Shown one piece after another: positions 62,796 to 64,000 of a DNA stretch of 64,000 nt. Each line of letters opens with the position of its first letter. Within the stretch, counting starts at the first letter, position 1. The notes under the pieces are model-generated. The model saw nothing but the letters and a program-made list of their open reading frames with translations, searched no databases and was not told the origin of the DNA. Source of the DNA: Carcharhinus longimanus (taxonomy: Eukaryota); the NCBI GenBank assembly GCA_030264375.1, contig JASCQW010000137.1, forward strand, positions 25,749,264 to 25,813,263, read 5' to 3'. The position numbers were made by a program, and so were the translations under genes.

Positions 62796-64000
62796 ACATG
62801 AATAAATCTAAAAAGATCACCCATACTGTAGCAGTATGACAGAAGACTGACACCTCCCTTCTGCTGAAGTAGCNNNNNNNNNNNNNNNNNNNNNNNNNNN
62901 NNNNNNNNNNNNNNNNNNNNNNNNNNNNNNNNNNNNNNNNNNNNNNNNNNNNNNNNNNNNNNNNNNNNNNNNNGAAGTAGCAGTAGAGAATGTCAAAGGT
63001 ATTTTTTCTCAAATTATGTCAGACTATTAGTGAAATTCTGAGTGTATCTTACATGATTCAATTAGGGCAGTGATGTTGATGCCAGATTCACTCACTTTTG
63101 GTGGTGTCATGTAAATCCCCTGAATCAGCTGCCTAAAATGCACTATTGTAAATACACCATCCAGAAGCAGGCAGTCAGACTTGAAGTGCTTTCTTCACAC
63201 AGCGTTCCTCAGATTGCTTTCAGATGCAATCAATTGTCTTGAAATAAAACTTCAGCATTTTGTTTGTGCACCTTAAGCTACAAACACCACACTTGCATTG
63301 TTATTTCCCCTCACTCCCTTTACATTCACTGTCCTAAAGCTGATCCGTAAGTGGGTTACAGGAGCAAGATGAATCCAAAGACCAAATTTAAATCTGCCTG
63401 AAAGAAAACCAGAAAAAAGCAATTTGGATTCACGTTAATTGACAGTTACGAAATTCATAATCCAAACAAGGACTTCCAGAGAAAATGTTGTTCTGTAAAC
63501 AAGTGCTGGTATTTTCTGTGACACCAAGAATCACTGGGAGACGACATCTGGGACTTTCTGCTGCGGAAAAGGTGACTCTGACTTTTTGACATTCAATCAC
63601 TGATTTTTAGGTAAATTCTGCTTGTGCAAGTCTTTTTTTATTCTCAGATCCAGCACATTATTGGTCTTGAGAATGATGTGTTTGCTTAGCGAGGCCTACA
63701 AATTAGTTCATTCTGTTTATGGGTTTAGTCCCATAATGGCTGTCGCGCTGTTTCCAGTCAGGCCTGGGGCCTCCTAACTGCCTGCTGCTCATTATAATAT
63801 ATGCAAATTATCAGGCAACTTTCAACGGGCTGAGTCGGTTCAAACAAAATAAATGAGGTGTTTCTCGTGCCAGGCGGAAATGCTTCGAATTTGTAGCCTG
63901 GAGACATATTAAACAGTGATTGCTCGTGTCAGAAGAAATCTTTTGGACTCATTTTATTCATTTTTTCATCTACACAGAGCTGGCCTTCCTCTGACAGCCT

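Noticed and set aside
1-64000. CRISPR arrays, operons or prokaryotic defence systems
   Set aside because: Vertebrate DNA with no repeat-spacer array or long intact ORFs.

Overview
Eukaryotic genomic DNA, very probably from a shark or other elasmobranch (dense HE1-type V-SINEs, CR1/HER1-like LINE fragments, Deu-domain SINE, Penelope-like and PIF/Harbinger-like elements; many N gaps from a short-read assembly). Almost all listed six-frame ORFs are spurious or TE-derived. By hand I find two unidentified spliced genes arranged tail-to-tail. One is the last three coding exons of a + strand gene (1-746). The other is the small 3' exons of a large-intron - strand gene (35343-35290, 21558-21523, terminal exon from 9144) that probably spans the rest of the window; its terminal exon is open in two frames, and there are candidate frame-switching mini-exons. 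The most notable non-coding signal is a family of ~200-600 bp palindromic Penelope-derived insertions. They carry minimal hammerhead-ribozyme cores in inverted arms and have 10-12 bp target-site duplications. TE boundaries are approximate and no database searches were possible.
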